From Spirochaetota bacterium (GTDB lineage Bacteria > Spirochaetota > GWE2-31-10 > MWDO01): DNA of 64,000 nt. The position numbers and the translations under genes are program-made. The notes under the pieces are model-generated. The model searched no databases and was not told the origin of the DNA. It was given only the letters and a program-made list of their open reading frames with translations. The stretch spans positions 13,917-77,916 of the forward strand of contig JAVBQL010000018.1 in the NCBI GenBank assembly GCA_031549085.1, given 5' to 3'. Position 1 is the first letter of the stretch; every line of letters starts with the position of its first letter. Positions 31,225-40,268 of this stretch are shown in pieces.

Positions 31225-32139
31225 TTAGAGAGACTTTAGATCACTGCTATCCCATAGATTATCAATATCATCATATCTATTTTTTACAACACTATTCCCT
31301 CTCTTTACTATTTTTGTTTCTGATCTATTATTTATAGCTTCAACTCCATACTCTCCATTGTAACACCCTCTCTCTCCATATATTTGACTATTTGAGATAG
31401 AAAACTTACTTTTTTTCTCTCCATTAAAACTTATAGCGATAGAGTAGTGGGCGATAGAATTTTCATACATTCCATATATAGTGCTATCCACAATATTAAG
31501 ATCATCTCGCCTATTTTTACTCCATGAGTACTCTGTGTAGTCAATGCCATAGGAGTTGCTTAATGCTTCACTGTTATTAGCTGAACCAAAAATAGTGCTT
31601 TTCTCTACTAATAGAGAGCCACTATACTCAACTCCATATACACCTTGCTCCAAATTTGAACCTATCGCTCCATAGATAGTTGAATTTGTTATAGCTCCTA
31701 CATCAATATTTCCAGATATTCCATAGGCATACCCCTCTATTTTAGAGTCCTCTGCACCACATATGGTTGAGTTTTTTATTTTAAGTGGTGCAACTATGCT
31801 ATGGATGGCATAGGAGCTTCCTCTTGTTATTGTGGATTTTTTTGCTCCATATATAGTAGAATTATATATAGTAAGCTCTGTTTCATCGTTTTCAATAGCA
31901 TAGGCAAACTCTAAATTTGAGTTTGTTGCTCCATAAATTGTGGAGTTTAATATAGTAGTTGATGACTTTTTAAATTTCATACCATGTCGATACTCTATTC
32001 CACTATTGCTCACAACAACATTTGCCCTCCTGCCGTTGCTGTATACCCCATACACTGTGTTAATATCCATCTCACTTGTGCCTCTATCTATTCCAACTAT
32101 TTCACAATTATGTATGGTTGAAATTCCCCTCCAGAGCAA
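31225..32139 (-). CDS. repeat protein, probable right-handed beta-helix/beta-roll; no signal peptide
   Basis: At least 8 copies of a roughly 23-aa unit NSTIYGA..S...AYGI.... The start is uncertain: it lies only 30 bp from a divergent ORF. Confidence 0.4.
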   Translation of the reverse strand: MLWRGISTIHNCEIVGIDRGTSEMDINTVYGVYSNGRRANVVVSNSGIEYRHGMKFKKSSTTILNSTIYGATNSNLEFAYAIENDETELTIYNSTIYGAKKSTITRGSSYAIHSIVAPLKIKNSTICGAEDSKIEGYAYGISGNIDVGAITNSTIYGAIGSNLEQGVYGVEYSGSLLVEKSTIFGSANNSEALSNSYGIDYTEYSWSKNRRDDLNIVDSTIYGMYENSIAHYSIAISFNGEKKSKFSISNSQIYGERGCYNGEYGVEAINNRSETKIVKRGNSVVKNRYDDIDNLWDSSDLKSL

Positions 32140-32168
32140 GTTAATCCAAAACTTAAGGAGGGTTATTT

Positions 32169-33146
32169 ATGAGTTTTTCAGCTTTACAGGATTTTATTAG
32201 AGTAAGACGTGGTCGTAAAGATTTAACTTCTACTAGCTGTAAAAATGTTAGGTTATACTTTGCAGACGGAACTTCACAAAAGATTCCCGTGGCTTGTTAT
32301 CTATATATTTTAGAGACAAGAGAAACCGATCTATCTATGCAGTACACTTATGGAGTTGTAGAGAAGATAGTCAGAAGGTCAAAAAATGTTAGCCGTGTTT
32401 TGCTTGCTGGCGGTGTTTCTGTTAGAGTCTACACTACACCAGCTTTACAGGTAGGTTCTTTTGTCAAGACAATTCCTGTTAAGGTAAAACAATCTAAAAA
32501 AGATTATGTTTTTTATAGAACTCATGCTGAAGTGAATTATCATAGAGAATATAAAATTATTGAATCTGTTATGGCAAGGAAACTTAAAAATTTCAGATTG
32601 CCTAAACATTTAACTATACAAGATTTAGCAATGGAGTATTTCAAATATCTTTATAAAAATAACGCATTTCTACGTTATCAAACCAGATCCTACTTAATAG
32701 TTGCTACAAACAATTGGATTAAGAATTTTATAAAATCTAGGGTTGTAAAAGAAGTAGATGTTACCCGTTCTCTCAACGACTTGGTTGGAGATGAAGGAGA
32801 TCAAATTGAATATATCGATAGATTACAGTATTCAAGTGCCTCTCAAGACCATATGGCAGACTGTCATATGAGCAATCTTGAGACAGCTGAATATTTAAAG
32901 TTTATTAGAGAAAAATTAAAAAAACAAGATTCTATACCTGCTTTAGAAGGAAATGGTAAAAACTTAAAAAGTATAACTTTTTCAGAGTTATTTGAACTTC
33001 TATATGAAAAAGAGACAATTGATTCTATAGCTAAAAAGATAGGTTATGGGGTTACTGCAGTAAGGACAGTGGTAAAAGAATTGCATACTTACTTAAAAAG
33101 AGTAACGGAAACTTGCTATGGCTACAAAGAACTTATGGCTAATTGA
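32169..33146 (+). CDS. putative transcriptional regulator with C-terminal sigma-70 region-4-like HTH
   Basis: C-terminus ...ETIDSIAKKIGYGVTAVRTVVKELHTYLKR resembles a region-4 / LuxR-type HTH. First gene of the same-strand block. Confidence 0.35.
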   Translation: MSFSALQDFIRVRRGRKDLTSTSCKNVRLYFADGTSQKIPVACYLYILETRETDLSMQYTYGVVEKIVRRSKNVSRVLLAGGVSVRVYTTPALQVGSFVKTIPVKVKQSKKDYVFYRTHAEVNYHREYKIIESVMARKLKNFRLPKHLTIQDLAMEYFKYLYKNNAFLRYQTRSYLIVATNNWIKNFIKSRVVKEVDVTRSLNDLVGDEGDQIEYIDRLQYSSASQDHMADCHMSNLETAEYLKFIREKLKKQDSIPALEGNGKNLKSITFSELFELLYEKETIDSIAKKIGYGVTAVRTVVKELHTYLKRVTETCYGYKELMAN

Positions 33147-33459
33147 TAAACCTCCTCTGGATCAGAGGCTAGTTGTGGTGCATTCAGGTAATTTTCTGGA
33201 CATCTATAATCAGTATTATGGAGGCAGTTTTGGTAAACTTCAGTTATTGGTTCATTCTAATTTAAGAATAGAAAACCTCTTAAAGTTTGTAGAAGACTAT
33301 GAGGATGACCTAGAGGTTTTTGTTTTGGGTTTTGTTACTCTCACTTTTATTTCAAGATTTACCCGAGTAGAAAATCTACGGAAGTATCAGTTGCAAGATA
33401 TTAAGATTGAGTCTGAAAATCAGATTTTGTTAAATGAAATTAAGAAATATTGTAAATAA
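33118..33459 (+). CDS. hypothetical protein
   Basis: 113-aa ORF, no motif. Confidence 0.3.
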   Translation: MATKNLWLIDKPPLDQRLVVVHSGNFLDIYNQYYGGSFGKLQLLVHSNLRIENLLKFVEDYEDDLEVFVLGFVTLTFISRFTRVENLRKYQLQDIKIESENQILLNEIKKYCK

Positions 33460-33502
33460 GCTTTAGAATTATGTCATATCTATTTATATGGTTGTTTAAA
33501 GA

Positions 33503-33527
33503 CATCTCTGAAAGTTTTTCAGAGATG
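33503..33527 (+). other. perfect 9-bp hairpin (CATCTCTGA / TCAGAGATG)
   Basis: Seen directly. Lies immediately 5' of the terminator at 33533. Confidence 0.5.
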
Positions 33528-33532
33528 CTTTA

Positions 33533-33572
33533 CTAAAGTAGGTCAATTGTTAATTTACCTACTTTAGTTTTT
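33533..33572 (+). terminator. intrinsic terminator
   Basis: 11-bp perfect stem CTAAAGTAGGT/ACCTACTTTAG, 13-nt loop, followed by TTTTT. Confidence 0.6.
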
Positions 33573-33590
33573 AAATTATTAGGAGTAGCT

Positions 33591-33809
33591 ATGAGCGGTA
33601 AAAAACAAAAATTATTAAGGCAAAAAGTTAATGAAGAGTTTATAAATCAGGGGGGGATACCTACTAACTCTTATGAGTCCATACCCCATAGGAATGATAC
33701 CATAGATGAAAAAGGCAATGTTATACGGGGTTATACTTATCAGCGAAAAGGTAGCGAGGGCAATCTCAAGTCAATGGTTCGTAAAATTAATAAGAGGTCA
33801 AAGATATAG
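33591..33809 (+). CDS. small basic protein
   Basis: 72 aa, Lys/Arg-rich ends, RBS AGGAG upstream. Confidence 0.35.
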   Translation: MSGKKQKLLRQKVNEEFINQGGIPTNSYESIPHRNDTIDEKGNVIRGYTYQRKGSEGNLKSMVRKINKRSKI

Positions 33810-34402
33810 TGGAAATAAAGATTAATATGTATAAAGATATACATCTTTTAAAGTTTATTTTTCCTAATATTAAAATTAACTCCTATGGCTATATAATTTT
33901 TAGAACTGCAGATTCTCTCTATGACTTTAGTGGCTCGGAGCTGACGCTGGTTCAAGACGTGGGTGGTTTTAATCTTCTCACTCAAAAGGGGTTAATTTTG
34001 TTTTTAAAACATATCCAATTTTTAAAAAATGATACTTTAGATCGTTTCTCAAAAATTCAAATTAAGGGCATTACAGAACTCTATAAGTTAATTTCTAAAT
34101 ACAGAATTAAGTTGTTTTCACTAGCTGGCGAGGATGATCAGTATCAATTAGATATTTTTCAATTACCTATTAGAGATAGACTGGAAGCTGTTTTTAATGG
34201 AGAGATTAAATTAAAGTCCATTCTTAAAATTCTCAATCAAACTTTTGATAGCTCCACTCACAGATTTCTTAATCCTTTTTACGTTAAGAAATTATTTGAG
34301 TTTAAATCTAAAGTGTTAAAGCATGAGGTTTTAAAGGTTGAGTTATCTGGCAATGATTTAATGGATACACTTCAATTGGTTTTATGTATAAGGAGTTTTT
34401 AG
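33809..34402 (+). CDS. hypothetical protein
   Basis: 197-aa ORF, start overlaps the upstream stop (ATAGTG). Confidence 0.35.
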   Translation: MEIKINMYKDIHLLKFIFPNIKINSYGYIIFRTADSLYDFSGSELTLVQDVGGFNLLTQKGLILFLKHIQFLKNDTLDRFSKIQIKGITELYKLISKYRIKLFSLAGEDDQYQLDIFQLPIRDRLEAVFNGEIKLKSILKILNQTFDSSTHRFLNPFYVKKLFEFKSKVLKHEVLKVELSGNDLMDTLQLVLCIRSF

Positions 34403-34403
34403 A

Positions 34404-34688
34404 GTGACAAAAGATTATGTAAAAAATAGATATGACTACTATGAGGGGTACATTACTAAGTTTTTAGGTTTAAAGAAAGATATGACACTAGAGTCATTCC
34501 GTCAGGTGCTTATGAATGATCTTGAGCTTTTAATACTTGAGATTTGCTATGATACCAATAGAGCTTATAGCTATTTAAGTGGCAATCCTAATGAGTATAC
34601 AAAAAGTTCTATTGTAGAGTTTGTTAAGTATTTAGAGAGTCTAAAATGGAACTTGAAATTTTTATATGAAGTGGAGACAAGAACATAA
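34404..34688 (+). CDS. hypothetical protein
   Basis: 94-aa ORF tightly coupled to the upstream gene. Confidence 0.3.
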   Translation: MTKDYVKNRYDYYEGYITKFLGLKKDMTLESFRQVLMNDLELLILEICYDTNRAYSYLSGNPNEYTKSSIVEFVKYLESLKWNLKFLYEVETRT

Positions 34689-34823
34689 GGAGTAAATATT
34701 ATTTCCCTTATGTTCTTTTTTTGTGAAAAGAAGACAGAAGAAGATGTCACATAAAGTAGGATAAATTATGAACTACCTCCTTTTGGTAGTAAGTTTTAAA
34801 TTATAAATTATGGGAGTAAATTT

Positions 34824-35732
34824 ATGGGAGTGTTACCGTTTGGAACAAAGATGGAGTCATCTTTTCTTGAGAGATTTAAACCAATAGCTGGTACTAAACA
34901 AAGAATATATGTTTTGGACTGGACAAGAGTGTGTGCTTTAGAAACACATTTTGTAAATAACCCAGATCATATAGGTAATTATAATTGCATAAAAGGTATT
35001 TGTTGCAGTCATTTTGGAATACCTAGGCAGACATATAATTTTATATGTTATCACTATTCAGGGCAGGGCTATGAAGGTCAACTAAAAGTTCTAACTCTAA
35101 ACAAAGATCAATATGAATCTTTTATTGAAAAAGCTCAAACAGATAATTTAGGGAACTTCGATTGGATTGTATCTGCTAAAGATAAAGGACGATATACACA
35201 GGCTGAATATAACAAAGCTAGTGGAGGTATTATTTTAAATAATGCACCGGAAGATTTTATAGGAGAGCTTAAAAAAGCAGTAGAAGACTTTTACTCCTTT
35301 AGTGAGAAGTTTTTAGCTAAAACAATCACAGAAAATGACTATTTTAATATGATCCAAGATATTGGAGGGGAGGATCAAAGTCAACAACCCACCATTCGTA
35401 TGAAGGGACCAGGTAACTCAAGTGGTTTACAGACAGGAACCCAACAGAGACGGATTACTGGAGGTATTGGTAATACTAATAATACATCTAGTAAGGTGAA
35501 TGCTTTTGGGAGCAATAGTTCATCTAAAGTTAATAGCAGTCCATTTTCAAGTAAGGTTAATGAAGTACAACCAACGACTGCACATTTTGGCAATGAAGTT
35601 AAAGAGACTAACAATGAGGTTACTATCTCTAATGACGAGGTAGATTCTATTAATAGTGAGTTTAATAATACTGTTAACACCACTGATAAGATTGATCCAA
35701 AAGATTTAAATAGCATGCTGGACGAAGAGTAG
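34824..35732 (+). CDS. possible ssDNA-binding protein (gp32-like?) with Cys/His cluster, low-complexity region and acidic C-terminal tail
   Basis: H..H....C...CC.H......C.H cluster near the N-terminus, Ser/Asn/Thr-rich linker, C-terminal ...DPKDLNSMLDEE. Sits at the head of the recombination/replication module. Speculative. Confidence 0.25.
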   Translation: MGVLPFGTKMESSFLERFKPIAGTKQRIYVLDWTRVCALETHFVNNPDHIGNYNCIKGICCSHFGIPRQTYNFICYHYSGQGYEGQLKVLTLNKDQYESFIEKAQTDNLGNFDWIVSAKDKGRYTQAEYNKASGGIILNNAPEDFIGELKKAVEDFYSFSEKFLAKTITENDYFNMIQDIGGEDQSQQPTIRMKGPGNSSGLQTGTQQRRITGGIGNTNNTSSKVNAFGSNSSSKVNSSPFSSKVNEVQPTTAHFGNEVKETNNEVTISNDEVDSINSEFNNTVNTTDKIDPKDLNSMLDEE

Positions 35733-35741
35733 GAGTTTTCA

Positions 35742-36284
35742 ATGGTTAAGGTCTTTATAGATCCAGCCTACTTTTCTACTGGTCTTTTCATTTTAAATGA
35801 GAAGACCAGTAAGTTTTCTTTTGATGCAGTAGTCTGTGAGGGAGACTCTCTAAAGAGCTATGAAAACTATCTACACAAGGCAGACATAGTCTCTAATATG
35901 GTAGTAAAGAGAATAGCTCACTATAATCCAATTGAGGTGTATGTTGAAATACCCCCTCCAATAGGTCATACATCTGCGGGGTTATATGGGCTATCCTTTT
36001 TATTAGTAACACGATTAAAATCACAAGGTTATAGGGTTTTTGCAATTCCCACACAGCTAGTTTACAACTTTCAAAAGAAATACTATCAATCCAAAAAACA
36101 TAAAGACAGACTATATATTGCTTTAGATCTTTTTAAACAACAGCGGATTTTAAATAACGGTATCACTTTTGATGGTATTATGCACTTAGAAAATAACATA
36201 GATACTGCGACAGCCTATCTATTTTATGTCTTTAGTAATGAGCGAATAAAGACAGATAAGAAGTTTAAGTTAAAGGAGATATAA
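35742..36284 (+). CDS. RuvC-like Holliday-junction resolvase
   Basis: N-terminal VFIDPAYFSTG (compare RuvC ILGIDPGSRVTG), central YVEIPP (Glu), later DRLYIALD acidic pair. Confidence 0.45.
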   Translation: MVKVFIDPAYFSTGLFILNEKTSKFSFDAVVCEGDSLKSYENYLHKADIVSNMVVKRIAHYNPIEVYVEIPPPIGHTSAGLYGLSFLLVTRLKSQGYRVFAIPTQLVYNFQKKYYQSKKHKDRLYIALDLFKQQRILNNGITFDGIMHLENNIDTATAYLFYVFSNERIKTDKKFKLKEI

Positions 36285-37405
36285 TGAGCAACGATTTTTT
36301 CTCAAGTTATGAGAATGAGGTATCTACTGAAGATCTTTATATTAAAACAAATTACTTACCTTTTGATTTAGTTACTGGAGGTAAGGGGCTACCGCTAGGG
36401 GGATTTACACATCTTTATGGAGGCAATGGTTTGGGTAAAACTACCCTGCTCTATACTGTAGTTAAGAATTTAGTTATCAGAGGAGAGGGAGTTTTATGGG
36501 TAGGAGCGGAGAATACCAAAGAACTTGCTAATTCAATGGGGCTTTATGGTGAGGAGTCTTTTTTAAAAAAGCCAGAATACAGCCATTTAAAAGATAAATT
36601 TCGATATCTAGATGCTGGATTTTATACCGAGCTGGAGGAAATTTCAAGAGAGTTTATTAAGTCACCCTACAGGGTTATGGTTATAGACTCTATGACTGCG
36701 TTTTGTGCCTCACCAGAGACAATAAAAGAGAAAGGTATTGAAGATGTCCTTGTTGGACTGGATGCAAGAATTCAAACACAGTACTTTAAGCTCTATGCTA
36801 ATCTTTTAAAATCTACTAAAAAATCTATTATCTTTGTTACGCAATCTAGAGCTGATATAGGGGGAAGATCCTTTGGTTTTACCGCACCACAAGATAAGCC
36901 CGCTACAGGAAATGCTGGTTTGTTTTATTCCATATTGAGAGTTCTTTTACAGGGGGATGCTACTCTAAAAGCAAGCGATATGGGTCAGCAAGGGGATCAT
37001 CAGGTTGGTAAGACAGGTTGGCTCAAAGCGGAAAAGAACAGAATGGCTCTACCTTTTGTTAGGCTACCAGTATTTATTCTTTTTGGTAAGGGAGCAAGTA
37101 ATATTCAAGCTCTGCGGTCCTATATGGAAGCTATGAGCTACTTTAAATCTGCAGGATCAAGATTTCAAATCAGTTTTAAGGGGACTGAAGTATCAGTTGC
37201 TGGTCGTAAGGGACTGCTAGATTGGATTAGCAATAACATGGATGCACTTATGGAAGATGTCTATGAGAACATTTCGGCTTACTACAACATACTCTCTCTG
37301 GGGGCTTTTAAGAACATAAAGGGACAAGCTCCAATGGTCGCTACTAGTGAAGTGCAGATAGAAGTTCCTAGTAGCTCTATTTTAGAAGATAAAAAGGAAG
37401 CTTAA
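36284..37405 (+). CDS. RecA-superfamily recombinase/ATPase (UvsX/RadA/Sak4-like)
   Basis: Walker A GGNGLGKTT, Walker B-like VMVIDSMTA, RecA-core-like SIIFVTQSRADIGG...GN.AGLFYSILRV. Confidence 0.55.
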   Translation: MSNDFFSSYENEVSTEDLYIKTNYLPFDLVTGGKGLPLGGFTHLYGGNGLGKTTLLYTVVKNLVIRGEGVLWVGAENTKELANSMGLYGEESFLKKPEYSHLKDKFRYLDAGFYTELEEISREFIKSPYRVMVIDSMTAFCASPETIKEKGIEDVLVGLDARIQTQYFKLYANLLKSTKKSIIFVTQSRADIGGRSFGFTAPQDKPATGNAGLFYSILRVLLQGDATLKASDMGQQGDHQVGKTGWLKAEKNRMALPFVRLPVFILFGKGASNIQALRSYMEAMSYFKSAGSRFQISFKGTEVSVAGRKGLLDWISNNMDALMEDVYENISAYYNILSLGAFKNIKGQAPMVATSEVQIEVPSSSILEDKKEA

Positions 37406-38536
37406 ATGGATTTAAAAATCTCTGTCAAAGATTATAAGAAAATTAGAGATGCAAAGGTAGATATAGTTGGACTTACTATGGTTAAGGGGGACAACTCTGC
37501 TGGCAAGTCTACTCTCATAAAAGCCTTAAGATCCTTTATTTTGAACCAGTATAGCCCATCATCCAATCGTTATGGCACTTCTAAAGCAGAGGTCTATGTT
37601 AAGGTAGGAGACGAAGAAGTTACTGCCATAAGAACAGACTCTACTTCTTATATCTATAAGGAACAAACTTTTTCAAAATTAGGTAGGGATAATCTTTATA
37701 AGATTATCCCAGCTTTTCCTTTAAGGGTACTAGAGCTTAATGATGATAAGTTTATGCCTAATTTTGTATTTCAAAATGAGATACCAATTTTTGGACAGGT
37801 AGATATCTATAATCTGTTCAGTTCTATGTTTAAGGTTTACTCAGATCTATCAGGCAAGTTACTAGAGATTAAAACTACCAATAGTCAAAATAATAAAAAG
37901 CTAGACTCTCTTTTGGAGAGTAATGAGAATTATCAGGTTGAATTAAATAAGATAGAGCAGTTTATTAAGAATCACTTTATTTATGAACATGAGTATAATC
38001 AATACCTCGTATATGAGGAACTCAAAGTACAAAGTGATAGACTTGAAAATGGGTTAGGACAGATCCAAAATCTGCTGGACAGTCCAATTTCAGCTGATCG
38101 AAGTTTAAGAGATATGCAGATCTACGAGGGCTATAATTTTAATGGACTTGAGTCTTTTGTTGCTTTTGCAAGTAAGTTTTCTATGTTAGCAGAGGCTTAT
38201 ATTTCCAATCAACGTGATATACAGGCTCTACAAGAGGTTGAAGATAGTGAAAAAGTGTGTAGGGATCAGCTGGAGTTTTTAGAGGCTTGTCAGCATTATA
38301 ATGAATTATCTTTAGAAATTGATGAGTTAAACAATTCATTAGTTCTTGAGTTTTTTATACGAGAAAGTTCAAAAATTTTATGTCTTATTAAGCAGTATTG
38401 TAGCAATGATTTATCAATGGCTCAATTGGTTTCAGATATATCTCAATTAGAGAATGAGATATATGCCATTGAAGATGAGTTGGCTAATTATGATATATGT
38501 CCACTTTGCAATCAGGAGTGGGAGCATAAACATTAG
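37406..38536 (+). CDS. Rad50/SbcC-like ATPase, N-terminal head and coiled coil ending at a CxxC zinc hook
   Basis: Walker A GDNSAGKST, long heptad-rich region, CPLC motif 9 codons before the stop. Confidence 0.6.
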   Translation: MDLKISVKDYKKIRDAKVDIVGLTMVKGDNSAGKSTLIKALRSFILNQYSPSSNRYGTSKAEVYVKVGDEEVTAIRTDSTSYIYKEQTFSKLGRDNLYKIIPAFPLRVLELNDDKFMPNFVFQNEIPIFGQVDIYNLFSSMFKVYSDLSGKLLEIKTTNSQNNKKLDSLLESNENYQVELNKIEQFIKNHFIYEHEYNQYLVYEELKVQSDRLENGLGQIQNLLDSPISADRSLRDMQIYEGYNFNGLESFVAFASKFSMLAEAYISNQRDIQALQEVEDSEKVCRDQLEFLEACQHYNELSLEIDELNNSLVLEFFIRESSKILCLIKQYCSNDLSMAQLVSDISQLENEIYAIEDELANYDICPLCNQEWEHKH

Positions 38537-38545
38537 GAGATTACT

Positions 38546-38779
38546 ATGTCAGCAGGTGCAATAGCAGAGATAGAGAATTTACAGAGTAGACTCAATAAAA
38601 ATATAGTTCTTTTAGAAGAGCGAAAAAAGAGACTAGAGTCTCTTATACAAGATCAGATGCAGGTAACTTCAGAATTGGAGTTGCTATTAAAAGATAGATA
38701 TATCAATAAAACAACGGAAGAAGCAATAGAACTAGAGTACGAGAGAATAAAGAGAGAGATAGTTACTTTTAGTATTTAA
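38546..38779 (+). CDS. Rad50/SbcC-like coiled-coil fragment (separate ORF with its own RBS)
   Basis: 77 aa, entirely heptad/coiled-coil. AGGAG 7 nt upstream of the ATG. Confidence 0.45.
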   Translation: MSAGAIAEIENLQSRLNKNIVLLEERKKRLESLIQDQMQVTSELELLLKDRYINKTTEEAIELEYERIKREIVTFSI

Positions 38780-38830
38780 TATTTTATGTTGTGTATAATT
38801 TATTTAGAAATTTATTTTGGGTAATTTATT

Positions 38831-39718
38831 ATGTTAGATTTTGTTAGTTATGATTTTAAAAATTTAAATATCATTTTAGGTAAATTTAATAATATTTTAA
38901 GAGATAAAAATAATTATATTAATTTTAAGAATTTAAGTGAAAAAGAAAAAAAGATTTTAAGTGAAAAAGAGTCGGTGTCCATAGAATTGTCAGCATATGC
39001 TGACAGGGAGTGGACACCTAATTTATTACAGATAGTTAAAGATTTAAATTACAATCGAAGCAGAAAAATAGAGATAGATACGAATATAGCTAAACTTGAT
39101 ATTTCAATTGAAGAGTTAAAAAAGATACTTAAGCTTGATGACAAAGCTTTTAAGTTCTTTTCCTTTATGTTGGACAAGATGACAGAGAGGTATATCCAGT
39201 CTTTTGAGAAGTCTCTTAACGAGATCTATTATTTTGTTTATAGGGATGAGTCTAAACAGATACGACTGGACTCTACAGAGAGCAGAGGTAAAAAAGTTTT
39301 GAAACTAAAGATATGCTCTATTGTAGATGGTAAAACTTATGAAGAGGACATTCAAGATAGTGGTCATTCTGTTTCAGTGGTTTTAGGTAGTGTTCTATTG
39401 GTTTACTATATTGTCTACTGTAAGCTTCCAAGAATACTATTTTTTGATGAGACTTTCAGCGGTCTCTCTACATTAACCATCAGTCGCTTCTTTCAGTTGC
39501 TACAAAACTTTTCAAAAGATTTAGGTTTCAAGTTTCTTATTATATCTCACGATCCCCGCATTGTCAATTTCATGGATCGTATCTATCTGGTTAAGGACGG
39601 GGTCTATTCTTTGGTTAAAGAAAATCTAGATGATGAAGTCCAATCTTTTTTGGAAGATTTAGCTGATGGTTCTACTGAGGGCTTTAGTGTTAGTGACAGC
39701 AATACAGTTGGGGGGTAA
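38831..39718 (+). CDS. Rad50/SbcC-like ATPase, C-terminal coiled coil and head
   Basis: Coiled-coil N-terminus, then an SGH (signature-like) motif, Walker B ILFFDETFSG and D-/H-loop ...LIISHDP. Confidence 0.55.
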   Translation: MLDFVSYDFKNLNIILGKFNNILRDKNNYINFKNLSEKEKKILSEKESVSIELSAYADREWTPNLLQIVKDLNYNRSRKIEIDTNIAKLDISIEELKKILKLDDKAFKFFSFMLDKMTERYIQSFEKSLNEIYYFVYRDESKQIRLDSTESRGKKVLKLKICSIVDGKTYEEDIQDSGHSVSVVLGSVLLVYYIVYCKLPRILFFDETFSGLSTLTISRFFQLLQNFSKDLGFKFLIISHDPRIVNFMDRIYLVKDGVYSLVKENLDDEVQSFLEDLADGSTEGFSVSDSNTVGG

Positions 39719-39721
39719 ATT

Positions 39722-39961
39722 ATGGATTTTGTTATTTTTGTCTTAACTCATATTTTACTTTTTATATTTGCTTTTTTAAAAGTTCTTTTACTGTTCATTG
39801 TATTATTTGTTCTTTATTGCATGATAGATAAGAATTTCAGTCACAGGTTGGCTTCATTTTTAATAGATTTAGTGAACAGAGCAGAGGAGATAATGAAAGA
39901 ACAAGATGATTTAGAGAGTAATGAAGATGATGAGGACGATATCAACGATTCAAAATTATAA
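39722..39961 (+). CDS. small membrane protein (2 TM) with acidic tail
   Basis: Hydrophobic N-terminal 35 aa, then C-terminal ...NEDDEDDINDSKL. Confidence 0.35.
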   Translation: MDFVIFVLTHILLFIFAFLKVLLLFIVLFVLYCMIDKNFSHRLASFLIDLVNRAEEIMKEQDDLESNEDDEDDINDSKL

Positions 39962-40002
39962 ATACCTATGTGACAGGGTTCTAGTGTGAATGGGAGGCTT
40001 AA

Positions 40003-40266
40003 ATGTTTAGAATTAGAAAGATTGAGTATAGACGATTTGCATTAGGGCTTACAAGAGGCAACTTAATTCATAATTGTAAGTTAGCCTCTTGTAAAGTAGG
40101 ATCTTCAGCGTGCAGTCTTTGTCCAAATTATCTCTTTACAATAGGCAAATATCTCTTTTGTGGAAATAAGAAACTTACTTTTGTTAAGTGTCCTAGAGTT
40201 AAAGCTACAGCTGTTATGTGTTTTCATAGTTCAAAGTGTGATATGTGTGATGTTCAGAGGGCTTAA
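40003..40266 (+). CDS. Cys-rich small protein (putative zinc-binding)
   Basis: 11 Cys in 87 aa, including CSLC and CDMC pairs. Confidence 0.35.
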   Translation: MFRIRKIEYRRFALGLTRGNLIHNCKLASCKVGSSACSLCPNYLFTIGKYLFCGNKKLTFVKCPRVKATAVMCFHSSKCDMCDVQRA

Positions 40267-40268
40267 AA

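Noticed and set aside
32169-33146. First phage ORF as a tyrosine integrase (C-terminal ...HTYLKR...Y)
   Set aside because: The R..H..R..Y catalytic spacing and an N-terminal SAM-like domain are not present. The C-terminus looks like a simple HTH.
37406-39718. Interpreting the split SMC-like ATPase as a Lamassu or other defence-type ABC ATPase
   Set aside because: Its context favours a phage Rad50/gp46 role: RecA-like and RuvC-like genes immediately upstream and an Mre11-like phosphoesterase in the same block. It is kept as an alternative in the finding.
39954-39963. Exact TATAAATA matches (T4 late-promoter consensus), for example at 39956, 13104 and 53263
   Set aside because: In a genome of about 30% GC this 8-mer is expected by chance several times per 64 kb. 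The hits are inside genes or in host spacers and are not positioned before the late genes.
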